A stretch of 64,000 nt of DNA from Chrysomallon squamiferum (taxonomy: Eukaryota; Animalia; Mollusca). Location of the stretch: contig CM022665.1 in assembly GCA_012295275.1 (NCBI GenBank), positions 42,160,001 through 42,224,000 on the forward strand, written 5' to 3'. Under the pieces are notes generated by a model. It was not told the DNA's origin and did no database searches. It saw only the letters and a list, made by a program, of their open reading frames with translations. Made by a program: the position numbers and the translations under genes. This document shows, one piece after another, positions 1 through 13,419 of the stretch. How positions within the stretch are numbered: position 1 is the first letter of the stretch; every line of letters begins with the position of its first letter.

Positions 1-16
1 TTATTTCTTTCTTTCT

Positions 17-55
<39 letters not shown>

Positions 56-1374
56 CATACTTATTTAGTGATTTAGTCAGTTATATAAACTGTCATTTTA
101 AGAAAAATCATGGGCTATACAAAAATAATAATTCATGATGAGAAGACCTTTGAATGCTGAAATAACTATTAATACTTTACATACATATTTTTTCAAGCCA
201 AGACACATATTATTGGATACTTTGGCTCCATTTAGCAAGCTTGTTATCATGAATGTATTTATTCTGTGAGAAAGATTGTTGTGATTGAAAATAAAACTTG
301 TTGTTTCATTTCATTAAAAGATGCTTTCTGTTGGACACAATTAGCTTCTAAATGTGAATGGTACTGCTTCAGAAAGATACAATCTTGCAGACGGTATCTC
401 TATAAAATACATACAGATTGTAAATAAATAATTACAAGAAGAATTGGACCATGAATACACCAGATATGTTTGATTATTTTTCATAAATAAATACATTCCT
501 GGCACCTACTGTCGTACAAAATACTGGAAAAGATGTTTATATGTTTTTAAAATTTTATTTATTTATATTTGTTTGCCAAAATGCCAAATATTTGTCTGTA
601 AACAAGTGGGTTGAAAAATAGTTGCATCATATTTGGTGATGCTTTAAACTGGAATTTTTGTTTTTTTAAAACTTTTGCAGAGTGTTCGTAATAATGCGTT
701 AAATTATTTTTGCCTCTGTCTTTTTTTTTTTACAGTTTCTAAAACATCCTATATGAAAATGTAAAATATATAACTTCTAAATGACAAAATAAATCAATTA
801 TACTCATATCTGGTTCATATTTTAGAGGGTCTTCTTGTCTTTTGTTGTTTTCATTATTGCTATTATTATTATTATTATTATTATCATCATTATCATTACT
901 ATCATCATCATCATCATCAACTTTTTTTCATTCTCTTTTTATTATTATGTTTTTTCTTTTTTTTATCTTTTTTATTTATTCTATATTTTATTCATTTATT
1001 TGTTTATTTGTTTTTCTCTACTATTTTCATTGTTTTAGTAACTTGAACTTTGGCTTACAACAAACACTTCATTCAAAATATTCAGCAAGATAATTACCTA
1101 TCTTAAATGAACTATAATGCAAGATTAATCTGTAAATATGTCCACATACTTAAATTTGGCTATGGACATAAATAATGGATCGTGTTGGGCTGAGAATTTC
1201 TTTGAAGTTTTTGCAATGAAATGTTAGCAAACACTTAATTATTTACTTATGAAACCTGAATGAGGATATAAAAAAAAAAATCAGAGAGAGAAGTTTAATA
1301 TCAGTTTACTGTATTTTTATTTTTATTCTGGGTGGAAATGTTTTTGTATTAACCATTAAGTAAAGTGAATTCTT

Positions 1375-1407
<33 letters not shown>

Positions 1408-1884
1408 ATTATTATTATTATTATTATTGTTTTGTTGTTGTTGTTGTATTAACTTTGTGTCTGTGTGTCTGTTCTTATCATGAAAATTTATAAGTAATCC
1501 AGTAACTGTGAAAAGGTAGGTGATGGCAGTTTCTTGATGCTTATATCAGAAAATTATCCAAATGTTTGTCAAGTATAAAACTTTTAAATCTAAAAGATTT
1601 GCCTAGAAGTGTTTGATGAAGTCAGATATTGTATCAGGCATACTTTAAACATTTCTGTCATGGAAGCATGCAAAATTACCCATTCCCATGTTGCACAAGA
1701 TTCAAAAATGATTTGATTTTTATAAGATATTTATTACCAAGTTCTGTAATATCCAGTGTGTTCATGGCTGTCTGGTGTAATTAGGTATTTCTTTGATGTT
1801 TTGTTGAATAGACTGGGACTGATGACCTGCTGGGGGTCAGGTCAGTGCATTACTTTTCCTGTCTGGCTGACTGCTTGTTATTGT

Positions 1885-2220
1885 CCATTGTCACAGTTGT
1901 ATGTATGTGTACCACAGTCACTCACGTACCACTGTCACACTTGAGCCTGTACCACAGTAATACTTGTATCTTTACCATAGTCATACCTGTAGCTGTACCA
2001 TCATCAGGCCAGTATTTATATACCATTGTAACACCTGTACCTTCGTTACACCAGTATCTGCATTACTGTCATCTACAACTGTAACAGTTACACCTGTATC
2101 TTTATTTCTTACACACCTGTGCCTGTACCACAGATATATACCTGTACCTATGCCATAGTCATACCTATATAGATATACCATTATCATGCCTGTACCTGTA
2201 CCATTGTCACACCTGTATCT
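1885..2220. repeat. Degenerate minisatellite (acacctgtacc-like units)
   Basis: Recurring cctgta / ccattgt / cacacctgt motifs. Confidence 0.75.
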
Positions 2221-3869
2221 GGAGTTTAACAATTGAGGTATGAAATCAGAAACAAGCATCATCTCAATAAAACACTATGGCAAGTTCAATAGGTACACTT
2301 GTCAATTTTGTGATAAAGTGTTTCTAACATATATTTCTTAAATTACATCAGCTCATATAAATATTTACAAGAACTTGAATACAGTGCAGAAAACCAGTTT
2401 GTATAGTATGATTTACACCTAAAGGAATAAATAGAAATAATAAAAAAAGAAATTTAAAAATATTCTGGAAATAAATTTTTAATTCTGGTTTCTAGTGCAT
2501 CAGTTTCTGAGCAGAACATTGTTTCTTCTTCTTCTCTTCTTCTTCTTCATCAAACATTTGGACAAGGAAGAACGTTGTTTTATTTTTTTTTTTTTTTTTT
2601 TGGTCAAACTGTGAGCAGAGAATCATTTCATGGTCTGAAACATGTGAAGAAAGGGACTCTGAATGGAGTCAGCTGAAAGCAGTGATCCAGAAAAGAGCTC
2701 ATTACCCCAAGTACTGGATCACAGCTGTTTCTCCATTAAGCAAACACCCACCAATGTTTTTTCCATTCGTAAACTACATTTCAGGTATTGCTGCCCGCCA
2801 CTGAAGACAACAAAATAATGGCAATTCTCGTTAACCCTTGGGCTAGAGGAGTAAAAATGACTATAGATGTATTGATGGATGTCCATAGACATGCCCAGTA
2901 GGTGGCAGGGGCTGCTGTATCTGAGTTATCAGTCAAAGGGTTGGGTCTCTCTTACAGTGTTTTCTATAGCAAAATACTTCAACTTTTATCTGATAAAATA
3001 GCTTTCTTGTGAATTAAAAAAAAAATCGTACCCTGTATTTTACAAACTGGGTATTTATGTTGGAATTTGAAAAAAAAAAAAAAAAAAAAAATTAATAATA
3101 ATAAAGTAAAAAATAAGCAGTTTAAATAAATAAATAAATAAAAAAATAAATAAATAAATATGCTTCTGATTTATGTGCTTTTAATCAAAGAATAATGATA
3201 CATTTGATTCTGAATTCCTGTCAGTTTGTTACAGTATTGCTTCCTTCTTTCCTTCCTTCCTTCATTTATTCATCCATTATTTATTTCTTTATTTATTCTG
3301 ATATTGCTGTTTAAAAAGAAGTTGTATTCTGTATGGATTAGAATTAAGCCAATATAAATTTAACAACAACAACAATAAAAATTTTAAATTAAAGAAAAAA
3401 GAAAACACATAACATCTGTTCTTCTTTCAATTTCATATTACATTTCTTTTGAATTATTATTATTATTATTATTTTATTTTATTATTATTATTTAAATCCA
3501 AATGGTGTGAAAAATAATTAATTTTATATTTTTTGGATATTGTCGTTAGGTATTGCTAACCTGAAATCCAGCTTTAACCCACAGACGGTTACTGCTAAGT
3601 TGTATTTAATTCTTTACTGTCATGCAAATTCTAGGCTACCCAATACTGCCAACACAAAAACAAATGTATCACAGGGAAGATAAAAAGAATTTACTTTCAA
3701 TGGTTGAGTTATCTCTAAACACTTAACAATGCAAAATAACACTTAACAATTGTTATTTGATAGTTGTATGGCCTTTGCTTTCAGTGCTATTAACCTGAAT
3801 GTAGTTGTTTCAACTCTGATAGCATTTCTCTCTCTGGCAGGCTGCATATTACACCGAGTTGTAAGCTTT

Positions 3870-4700
3870 ATCAAACAAAATTAGCTCTCACTGGTTACAT
3901 ATTAAGCTAGATAAAACACCTTCATACAGAATCAACACTCACTGGTTACATATTAAGCTAGATAAAGTACAGTATCATACAAAATCATATTTCAGTGGTT
4001 ACATATTAAGCTAGATAAAACACCTTCATACAACATCAGCTCTCATTGGTTACATATTAAGCTAGATAAAGTACAGTATCATACAAAATCATATTTCAGT
4101 GGTTACATATTAAGCTAGATAAAACACCATCATACAAACTGAGCTCTTGTTGGTTACATATTAAGCTAAATAAAACACCTTCATACAACATCAGCTCTCA
4201 TTGGTTACATATTAAGCTAGATAAAGTACAGTATCATACAAAATCATATTTCAATGGTTACGTGTTAAGCTAGATAAAACACAACATACAAACTGAGCTC
4301 TCCCTGGTTACATATTAAGCTAAATAAAACACCATCATACAAAATCAACACTCACTGGTTATGTGTTACAGTGAACTATAAGCTACATATAACACTATAT
4401 CTTTTAAGATTATAAAAAGTTTGTTATACAAAGTCAGCTCTGTCTGGTTGCATACCATTCAAAATGTTGCAGTGAACTTCTGTAAATCAGACAAAACACT
4501 ATACCATTGGATAAAACACCATCATAAAAAATCAGCTCTTGCTGGTTACATATTAAGCTAGATAAAACATGATCATACAAAATCTTTCACTGGTTACAAA
4601 TTAAACAGATAAAAGATTATTTATTCAAAGTCAACTCTCCTTGATTATGTGTTAAGCTAGATAAAACACAAGTGTCATACAAAATTAGCTCTCGCCTGGA
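3870..4700. repeat. 51/53-bp minisatellite (tggttacatattaagctagataaa...)
   Basis: About 9 well-preserved units at 3891-4360 plus degenerate units to ~4700. Confidence 0.95.
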
Positions 4701-5937
4701 AGTATAAGCCACACACAAACACACACAAATACACACACACACACACACATATATATAGCCTATATATATATATATACAGTTGATTTGAAAAGATACTAAC
4801 ATTTTAAAAATATCCAAAATGTCTTCCAAGTGAATAAACTTATGAAAGAAAAGAAAACCCACACATACCCTTAAGCATTTTTAATTTTCTGTAGATAAAT
4901 GATCTCAGAATCATGCAACCATAAAAGCTAATGGCTTAATTTAACAAGCCATTGGTTTTAATTTAACTTCTCAAAAGACCATACACTATTTATGTGTTTC
5001 CATGCATTTTTAACCACCTGGGTAATTATGAAAGCGTTTGTTTGAACTGGAATGTCATGGCAGTGGATCAAAAGATTGCTGATTGCATTAGCACTGAAAT
5101 GAATGAACCTATAACTTTCCCTGTTGCATTGTATTATTAATGCTGAACGTATGTGTGTGGTCTATATCTATTTTTCATATCAAAGTTTTCAGATTTAGCA
5201 GAAGGTAATAATTACAGGATAACAATGGATTTAACACCCAGAGACTTTAGATCACACAATCAATGAAAAGGCATGTAACATATTTCTCTGGCCTTCTAAT
5301 GACCCATGTTTAAATCATTCCAGTGACTGGCTCTTAATTTTTCGAGGGAAGGGTACAACTCTTTGACCTGTTGCTAGAGCCAGACTGCCCAGTGCTTTCT
5401 TCAACATTTCACAATGCCAGCAGACTTATAAGTAATTATTATTATTTTTATTTTTTTTCAACCTCAGTGTTTATATTTATTTATTATGTGTGAATATGTC
5501 GGCTCATGTGTAATGAAGCTCACCAACTGGTGTACTGGATTATACTTCTCAACAAAAGAGTCTATCCTCTTAATTCTTCTAATCCAGATTTGTGTTGGCG
5601 TGTCTAGTCAGCATGTGCAGGCATTTCTCTTTCTGTATGTAGTATATCTATTATTTCATGGGATCATTAAAGGCTGTAGACTTATTATTATGGGCTTGCC
5701 CAGTGTGAGACTTTGTGGATTATAAGACACAGGGGTGTCTGTGGATCTGTGTGCAGTGATCTGTGAGTCAGTGTGGTCATTAGTTTCATATCTCACCCAA
5801 ACCCAGCATTCTCAACAATGGCTTCTTTTCAGGCTGCTTGCTATCACCGGTCTTATGTAATCACCTCCTTCCTTTGAAGTGTGTCACCTCTTCAGGACAC
5901 TCGTTTCATTCAGCAAGTGCAGCTTACCAGCGAAGCC

Positions 5938-5982
5938 ACTGAACTTGTGATTCTTAGGTGCTGGGTTCAAATACCAGTACCT
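5938..5982 (+). mobile_element. tRNA-like 3' half (B box / T-arm), probably a SINE head remnant
   Basis: ctgg-gttcaaata-ccag T-arm-like stem with B-box GGTTCAAAT; no D-arm or acceptor stem. Confidence 0.35.
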
Positions 5983-6124
5983 GATCTAAAGTTCTTTTGG
6001 CTTTCATTTAAAAAAAATAAAAATTTAAAAAAATGAAAGGTTTTAAATTTGCGAATTTAAAAAAAATGTATTTCTTAGTAGATTTTTTTATTAGTTTCTC
6101 TTATTAGTTTCTCTTATTAGATAG

Positions 6125-6227
<103 letters not shown>

Positions 6228-6935
6228 AAATCATTGACTAATTTTTGTGAGGGGAGGTCTTTTGATTCTTATATTTATTAAATTTTGAAGCACTGGTTGG
6301 AATGTGAAAATAACCTGGTTTGTCTTCAGAAGAGCAGTACACATAGGTATACAATATTAATATTCATTTTTACATAAACATGTTTTCACAACACCTTGTT
6401 AAAGGAAGACATGAATGTTATTTTAGCCCAACTGATTTACTTGATAGGAATATGTAGGTCAGATTATAAAGAAAGTTCTGTGTGAAAACTGATCCATTGA
6501 TAGTCTGTATTATAATGAGTTATTGTAAAGTAAGACACATCAAAATAATTCATGAATGTAACAAGCTTCTTCTGTCCTATCCTGTTTTAATGCAGTTTAA
6601 AGTTAAAGGTTTATGGGTGTGGTGGTGCAGGTGATAATGATGATAGTGACCATCATGGTGGTTATGATTATGATGATGATGTTGGTGTTGGTGATGATGA
6701 TTATAATAATGATGGAGTGATGGCAGTGGTGGTGGTGGTTATTATTTACATGGTGGCGATGGTGACAATGATAATGATGATGATGAAGAAGATAATGACA
6801 AAACTAAGTCACACTTAATAATCATCTCTTCATTTTTTGTTTTTTTTCCAGACATCTCGTTATCATTACACATCTGTAGCAAGAATATATTAGTATATCC
6901 GATTGTTTTCTCTTTTTCTACATTTCTGACAACAG

Positions 6936-7003
6936 TAAACAGTAATTCTGTCTACTTCTCAACTGATTTTGTTACCGAAAAGCCCCAGGCATCTTCAGAA
7001 TAA
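6936..7003 (+). CDS. Candidate alternative terminal exon (NSNSVYFSTDFVTEKPQASSE*)
   Basis: Pyrimidine tract then acaacag|; phase-1 frame open to TAA, which overlaps AATAAA (6999-7004); a second acceptor at 6851 is in the same frame. Speculative. Confidence 0.25.
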
Positions 7004-7539
7004 ATACAACAGTGTTGAACACATGGTGTTATGATGGCAGAATTATGAAAACTGAGATGCACATCTCTCATCTCCTAGAGTTCAATTTTCTTCTTATTTT
7101 ATTTCGGGATACATAAATATTTTTAAAGTAACAATCATCACTTTGAGATCTGATGTTCCATGAAATCTGTAAACCAGTTAAGAGTGATGTAAGTCTGAAG
7201 TTCTGTGGGGTTTAGTAAAGGAATTAGCAGTACTTTGGTTTCAAAATATTTTTTGACTTTTAGTGAAAAATATGCTTCAAATGAATTACATTTTACCTTA
7301 TACGACCATGATTTTTTCATATTTTATTTTTCTTGCTTTTTTTTTTTTCCTTTTTTTTTTTGTCTTATGTTATGGAAGAAGTAATGTTCCTGATATTTTG
7401 TTTGTTTGTTTGTTCTTCTGTTATAAAGTAAAAAATTGATTTGATTTCAATTTTTATGAATGTATGTATGCTGTATTTATATATGTATATATGTTGCATG
7501 TATCTATGAATGTATTTTAACATTTACGCAAATGATTAT

Positions 7540-7700
7540 CATATTAACCATCCAACCAACCATGGTATTAAGACAGACTTGACTTTACACACATAATGTG
7601 AATATCAACAATACGACCAATCTTACAATAAGACAAACTTAACTCTGCAGACATAATCAGGCAGATTAACCATCCAACCAACCTTGTATTGAGACAAACA
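7540..7700. repeat. ~60-bp degenerate tandem repeat (attaaccatccaaccaacc...agac)
   Basis: About 3 units visible. Confidence 0.7.
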
Positions 7701-8028
7701 AGATTTCGCCCGAAGGCAACACCAAGTCTGTCTGTGTGTCATTCATTGATGTTTTAACAACTCGATTGCATCTCATACTCTGTGTGTTGGTGTGCTGGCT
7801 TGCCCAGTGGCCAGTGTCATCTGTCATACCCGACTGCTTCCTGTTACAAATAATCTAAACTAACAATGCATGGGATTACGGCAGGCAAGGCAGGCCCCAT
7901 ACTTTGTGGACGGACATTCCAGCTATCGTGCAGCAGTAGCTGTTTAATTAAGCCTGACTTAAGGTTGTGTTTCTGAATGAGAGGTCAGCAGGAAAGGGTT
8001 TTTTTTTCAAATTTAACTGTTCTTTATC

Positions 8029-8086
8029 ATGAAACTGATCCACGCCTGGGTCTTATGGACGTACTCGTTGACGATTACTTCTTCGG
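8029..8086 (+). CDS. Candidate first coding exon encoding a signal peptide (MKLIHAWVLWTYSLTITSS)
   Basis: ATG with A at -3; K followed by a hydrophobic core and TSS; phase-1 donor CGG|gtttgt; CpG-rich; in frame with exon 22004. No expression data. Confidence 0.5.
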
Positions 8087-9951
8087 GTTTGTATAGAATT
8101 GTAGCATGATTTCGTATCATTCCGTCTGGTTGTTTTGTCATTTGGGGTTTTTCTTGCAAAGGATTTCTTTTCTTCTTTCTTTTGTCATTTCTGTATTTGG
8201 GGTTGTTGTTTTTGTTTTTTTTGTTTTTTTTATTTAATTCTATTCGTTTTTCTTTCAGTGCCATGTTTCTGTTTTTATTACATTTTTCTGAAGTTTGTGA
8301 TTTAACTGATGCCATTGTGTCTTAATTATCATCCTCTAAGCTTAATGGTTGTTTATTCTTGAATATATGTTTCATTCGGATTTCTTTAATTCTGAAATGT
8401 AGTAACATGAGACAATAATCTGTAAATATCATTTGCCAGAGGGGGGGAATGGATTTTTCTTGACTTTAATTTTCTCTCTTTTCATCCTTATTTTTCATCT
8501 TGACATTCTAACATCTGTTTCAAAATATATATATATATTTGTTTCCCATATTAATATCAGATCAGTCCTTTCCTTTTTTTTTTAATGATTATTTACCACT
8601 GTCTGACAAACACAAATTTCACACAACATTAAAAATACTCTGACTTTCTTAGTGCAAGATAATTCTAATAACAACACATAAAAATATCTCGGAACGCAAA
8701 AATTATTTCTTTTGAAAAATAGTTTTGGGTTAATGGCCATGGCTCTGATGAAGTAGGTGTCAGCAATCCCTTTTTACGAGTGTTTAGAAATACATAAAAA
8801 TCATATCGAGAATGTCAGCAAAAACAAAACTCAGCTACTGACTTTACGCAATATGGCTGCACCATGTTGTAAAGTGATTGTGTGGGTCCCGGTAGATTTT
8901 AGATGTCGTCTCGTATTTCAGTGGTTATTTTTTGTGTGTGTGAACATTATTTTGTCTATCAGTGTTTGACTGCTCAACAGACTGATCTCTGTTTTGTAGC
9001 TGCCAAGGTAAACCCCAGAGACACCTGAAACATCCTGTGTGCAACACTGGAATAATGGTCTTTGCAGATCCTTAAATCTGTTATCTACTGGGGGGTTTTT
9101 TTTTCTGTCTTCTCTCTCCCTCTACATACATACATACATATACATATATCTTTATAAAGAAATATAAATATAATATCAAAATAATTTGAATTCTATTGCA
9201 CCATCATATTATCTGGTATATGAAAAAAGTTAGATATAGAAGGCCAGTATTATTTCTCAGCAGACTGTATATATCATATCATCATCATATATATCTTAAA
9301 TGTTGAAATATTCATATCACCTATAAAAATATTCATAAGACTATATATCATCATCATAGATATATTAAAAATAGAAAATTTAATATAGGCTATGAAGATA
9401 TTCATAAGAAATATTTTGTTTCTAAATAACACAGTTTAATCTTTTCTTCAGCATATAACAGAGATATATACATACATTAATTTGACTGTAGATAAACATC
9501 CTTACTTTGTAAATAGCTTGCTTAAGTGCTTAAGTGCTCTGAGCATATACATTTCACAGCTATGTAAAATAATGATAACACAGGTATTAATAATAACTTC
9601 CTCTTCTCTTTTATATTTTGAATAAATTTGTAAAATATTTTATTTATAAAAGATATTTCTTGTGGATATTAGAATTTCAATACATTTTCATAAAATCTTA
9701 TATATTTAATATAGGTTTTGATTAATTATACATTTTTGGAAAAGTAAAATTATATAAAATGTAATCAAATATTTTGTTCTAGAGTTAGACATTTTATTTA
9801 AGAAGCAAAATTTCATGCATTTTACATTTTTTCATTTTTATCATTTTATTGTCATAATCATTAATGTTATCTTTCATTATCATCATTATTATTACTGTGA
9901 TCGTCATCATTATCAGTATTATTTAATTCTAAGTTAAATATTCATAATAGA

Positions 9952-9982
<31 letters not shown>

Positions 9983-12900
9983 ACTATTATTTTAATTATT
10001 AGCTTAATCATTCTAACAGATGAGTCACAGTGACATAATTACAGACATTTTTGACTATTTCACAGTCAGTTTTGTAAAGACTTCACATCCTGATGGAGTC
10101 AAGGGTCATGTTGATTAAAGGTGGCAGAATAAATCTGAAGAATTTTCCATTTGTGTGTCTTGTTTCTTTTGCAATCAGCGCTCCTGGCACTTTCTGGTAT
10201 GTGGTATTTTCTGGCTTGACCACGGGTCAGTCCAGCAACAAGACCGCTGACCAACATCAAAGAGCAAAAATCCAAGATGGTGACGAAGTCAGTTTTTCTC
10301 TTCATCTACATTTCACCTCTAATCGTATTTGTCCTCAGCCTAATTGCCAGCACTGAAATTACTTTCAGAATGTTTTCTTATTTATTCATTATTCATCAAA
10401 CATTCCTTTTTGTCACCTCTGGCACCTACATCTGTTTCTATGCATTTTTATGTTTTTACACATGCTTGCACATTTTCATGCATCTCTGCACACTTTGAGA
10501 CAGGGACTTGCTAATCTGTTTTCAGGTCTGTGTAAGATAAAAGGGTGAGGGAAAAAAAAAGCCCAGCATGTTAATGTAAAGTCAAACGAACCATCCTGTT
10601 ATGATTTTTACTAATTTTGAAAGGAAAATAAGTTAAATATTCAGAACACATTGCCTGCCACAAGTTGGGTTTTTTAGGTTAAGCTGTAGGTCTTGAGATC
10701 AAGCTCTGGTTTTTGGGAGGTTTTTTAATATCTGGCTTGTTTTAATTAAAACTTCATTTTGAAGTAATAATAACAAATTAAGCAATTATTTGTCTAAAAC
10801 TGTAGAAAAAAAAAAATGCTGCAGAAGAAAAATAATCTTATAAGCAAATACAAATCCAGATATCATTTAATGGTTAAATACTAAAGTGTGCCTGGTAATA
10901 ATTACTGAGCACAATTTAATTCAGTACCATGTTAAAATATGATGAATTAAGTATTTGTTTTGTAGATTCATACAGAATAAAACTAAAATAATAATTAGGT
11001 TAGTAACTAAATCACTGTATATATTATACCAGTGAACATAATAAATTAATTGAATGCTATTTAATTTAATATCATATTGAAATAATATAATAAAGTAAAC
11101 ATTTGTTTGTGTAAATTTATACAGAACAAAATAAAAACAATAAATATAATAATATTAAAATAATATAATAAATTTAGCATTTGTCTGTGGTAATCTTAAA
11201 GAATCATATATATATATATAAGTATCTCTTAATGATTTACTGTAACAACACACCATATATTATAGTAAATAATGACCATAGACACTGACAGAGGTAAGAT
11301 AAATGACTTCATGGTAAGACTACATGAATACATTTTACTTGATTTAAGTTTGTTTTGTATTCTTGTTATTTTTTATCCAGTTAAGTTAGAAAATAATCCA
11401 AATACCTTGGCATATTTTTCTGTATATATAATTAGTGACTGGCTTTGTGAGAAATGTTCATTTTGAAGTAGCTTTCATTAACATGGTGCAGGTATCTAAG
11501 TGCAAAATGATGGCTGTACTGAAATTATTTACTTCTGTTGGGGGATATAATTAGTTTTATTTTTGTTGTTATTTTTATTTATTTATTTTTTATTTTTTTA
11601 TTATTTATTTTTTTATTTTATTTTTTTTTATTTATTTTTTTATTTTTTTTTTATTTTTTTTTTATATTTTTATTTCTTAAATGAAAACTAATGAATTAAA
11701 AACTGAAAAAAATATTTTCAAAATATATATATCTGAGAACTCAATTACCATAGACAGAATAAAACAAAACAAATAAAAATTTAAAAAATGAAAGGCTCTG
11801 AACACAATTTTCTTTTATAAGAGTTAAAATATGGTTGTTATAAGCTCTCATGACTTGTGGCAAATTGGTGACAGGCTCGTTTATCCTGGATTTAAAGTTT
11901 TCTCTGTGATACTGTTTTATAACAGTGTGTCTGCTATGAAAAGATTAAAGGAAATATAATCACAGTTATTCACACAGAGTATCAGACCCATCTATGAGAT
12001 AAATTATTTATAATTATATAGGTGTTTAAAGGTTTAAATATTGTACAAAAAAAAACTCATGGGAAAATCTGAAGTCTCCTGTTGGCAGACAGATGGTTAT
12101 GTACTGATAACCATATTTGTGTTGAAAAGGTTAATCTTTTATTTATATCATTATATTTTTATAACAAAAGAGTTGTAAGTGAGATCTTGTTTGTTTGTTG
12201 TTTTGTAGGTTCTTTGTAAGTTGGTTTGTTTTTGTTTTGTTTTTGTTTAGATATTGAAGCAGACACTATTTTGATTGCATTGTGTCAAATTGCAGGTTTT
12301 GGGGGCTTTCCTTTTGTTTTTATACATTTGTCTTTTGGGCCTTTTTGGTTTTTTTTGTGTGTGTGTGTGTGTGTGTGTTCATGTGTTATGCATTATTATT
12401 TTTTAAGCACTAGCATCAACTCAAAAACTTTTGTATGTTTTTTCTCACTTTCATTAAAGTATGTTTGTGTACATTTATAACTAAAACCATCACTTATTTC
12501 AAAGTAAAACATACAGCAGCTCTTCTAACTGACTTCTTCAAGTGTGTGTTTTGACAAGTCCATTTACTCTAAATTGTGTGATAAATCCTCCGTAATGAAG
12601 ACACTCCAACAATTCAACAGTTTTTGTTATGAGCTGAGTCAGTGTAGAGATCAGAACAACCCTTTGGTCTTCTGCAGAATCCTGTGATAAATAAACATGG
12701 CTACTACAAACAGGCAATTGACTTTTCCATGTTTTGATAAGTTCGAAGAAGACAGTTACATTATAACAAAACAAAAAAAATACAACGTGATCGTAATATA
12801 TTTTTTGAAGTTTGGCATCATATTATCATTTAAATGTTTTTATAGCATCATTTATGTATATAATTTTACACAAGTTCTTGTAGGTATCATATCAGATTTC

Positions 12901-13419
12901 GTCACTGCATGCTGACGAATGGCAAGCAGCTGAAAACTTAGCTCAGTGTATGCTAATAATCAGATAACATGCTTCTGTTATAAATCTTCTTAGAGATAAC
13001 AAAATAACTAAATAAGTTTTTTTGTCATGAAGTGCTGATTAGGTTGGAGAAATGGTCCCATGGATGTTGTGGGTTTTTTTTTTTTTTGGTTGTTTTCTTC
13101 TTCAACAACCAAATATAAATAACAACATTTTGTTTTTATTTGAATTATAATAAATTATGGTGATAACTCTTGATAATGGTAAACTTGACACCAGAATAAA
13201 TGTTTTCTTCTTTCATAATGACTATGGTGATGATGATGATGATGATAAATAGATAAATAAATAAATAAATACATTTTTAAAATTAATCCATGAATAAACC
13301 TTAGTCTTTTTGCTTTTCTGTTGTTGTTTTTTTCATTTTGTTTTTTTAATTAATTTATTTGTTTGTTTGTTCATTTATTTATTTATTAAAATATTTTCGA
13401 AAGCTTTTTATTCTAAACA

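Noticed and set aside
3891-4360. CRISPR-like look: constant 24-nt core with variable intervals
   Set aside because: The intervals are homologous to each other, there are no cas genes, and the context is eukaryotic; it is a minisatellite.
5938-5982. Functional tRNA gene
   Set aside because: Only a T-arm/B box is present; no cloverleaf.
8013-8315. Lys/Asn-rich minus-strand ORF
   Set aside because: Antisense reading of a T-rich intron start; low complexity.
9000-9007. Microexon ttgtag|CTGCCAAG|gtaaac
   Set aside because: 8 nt would shift the frame; no other support.
10093-10356. 87-aa ORF with a hydrophobic stretch, and an 18-nt microexon candidate at 10179-10196
   Set aside because: The ORF's donor is phase 2 and incompatible with exon 22004; the microexon (ALLALS) has no homology support and could be chance.
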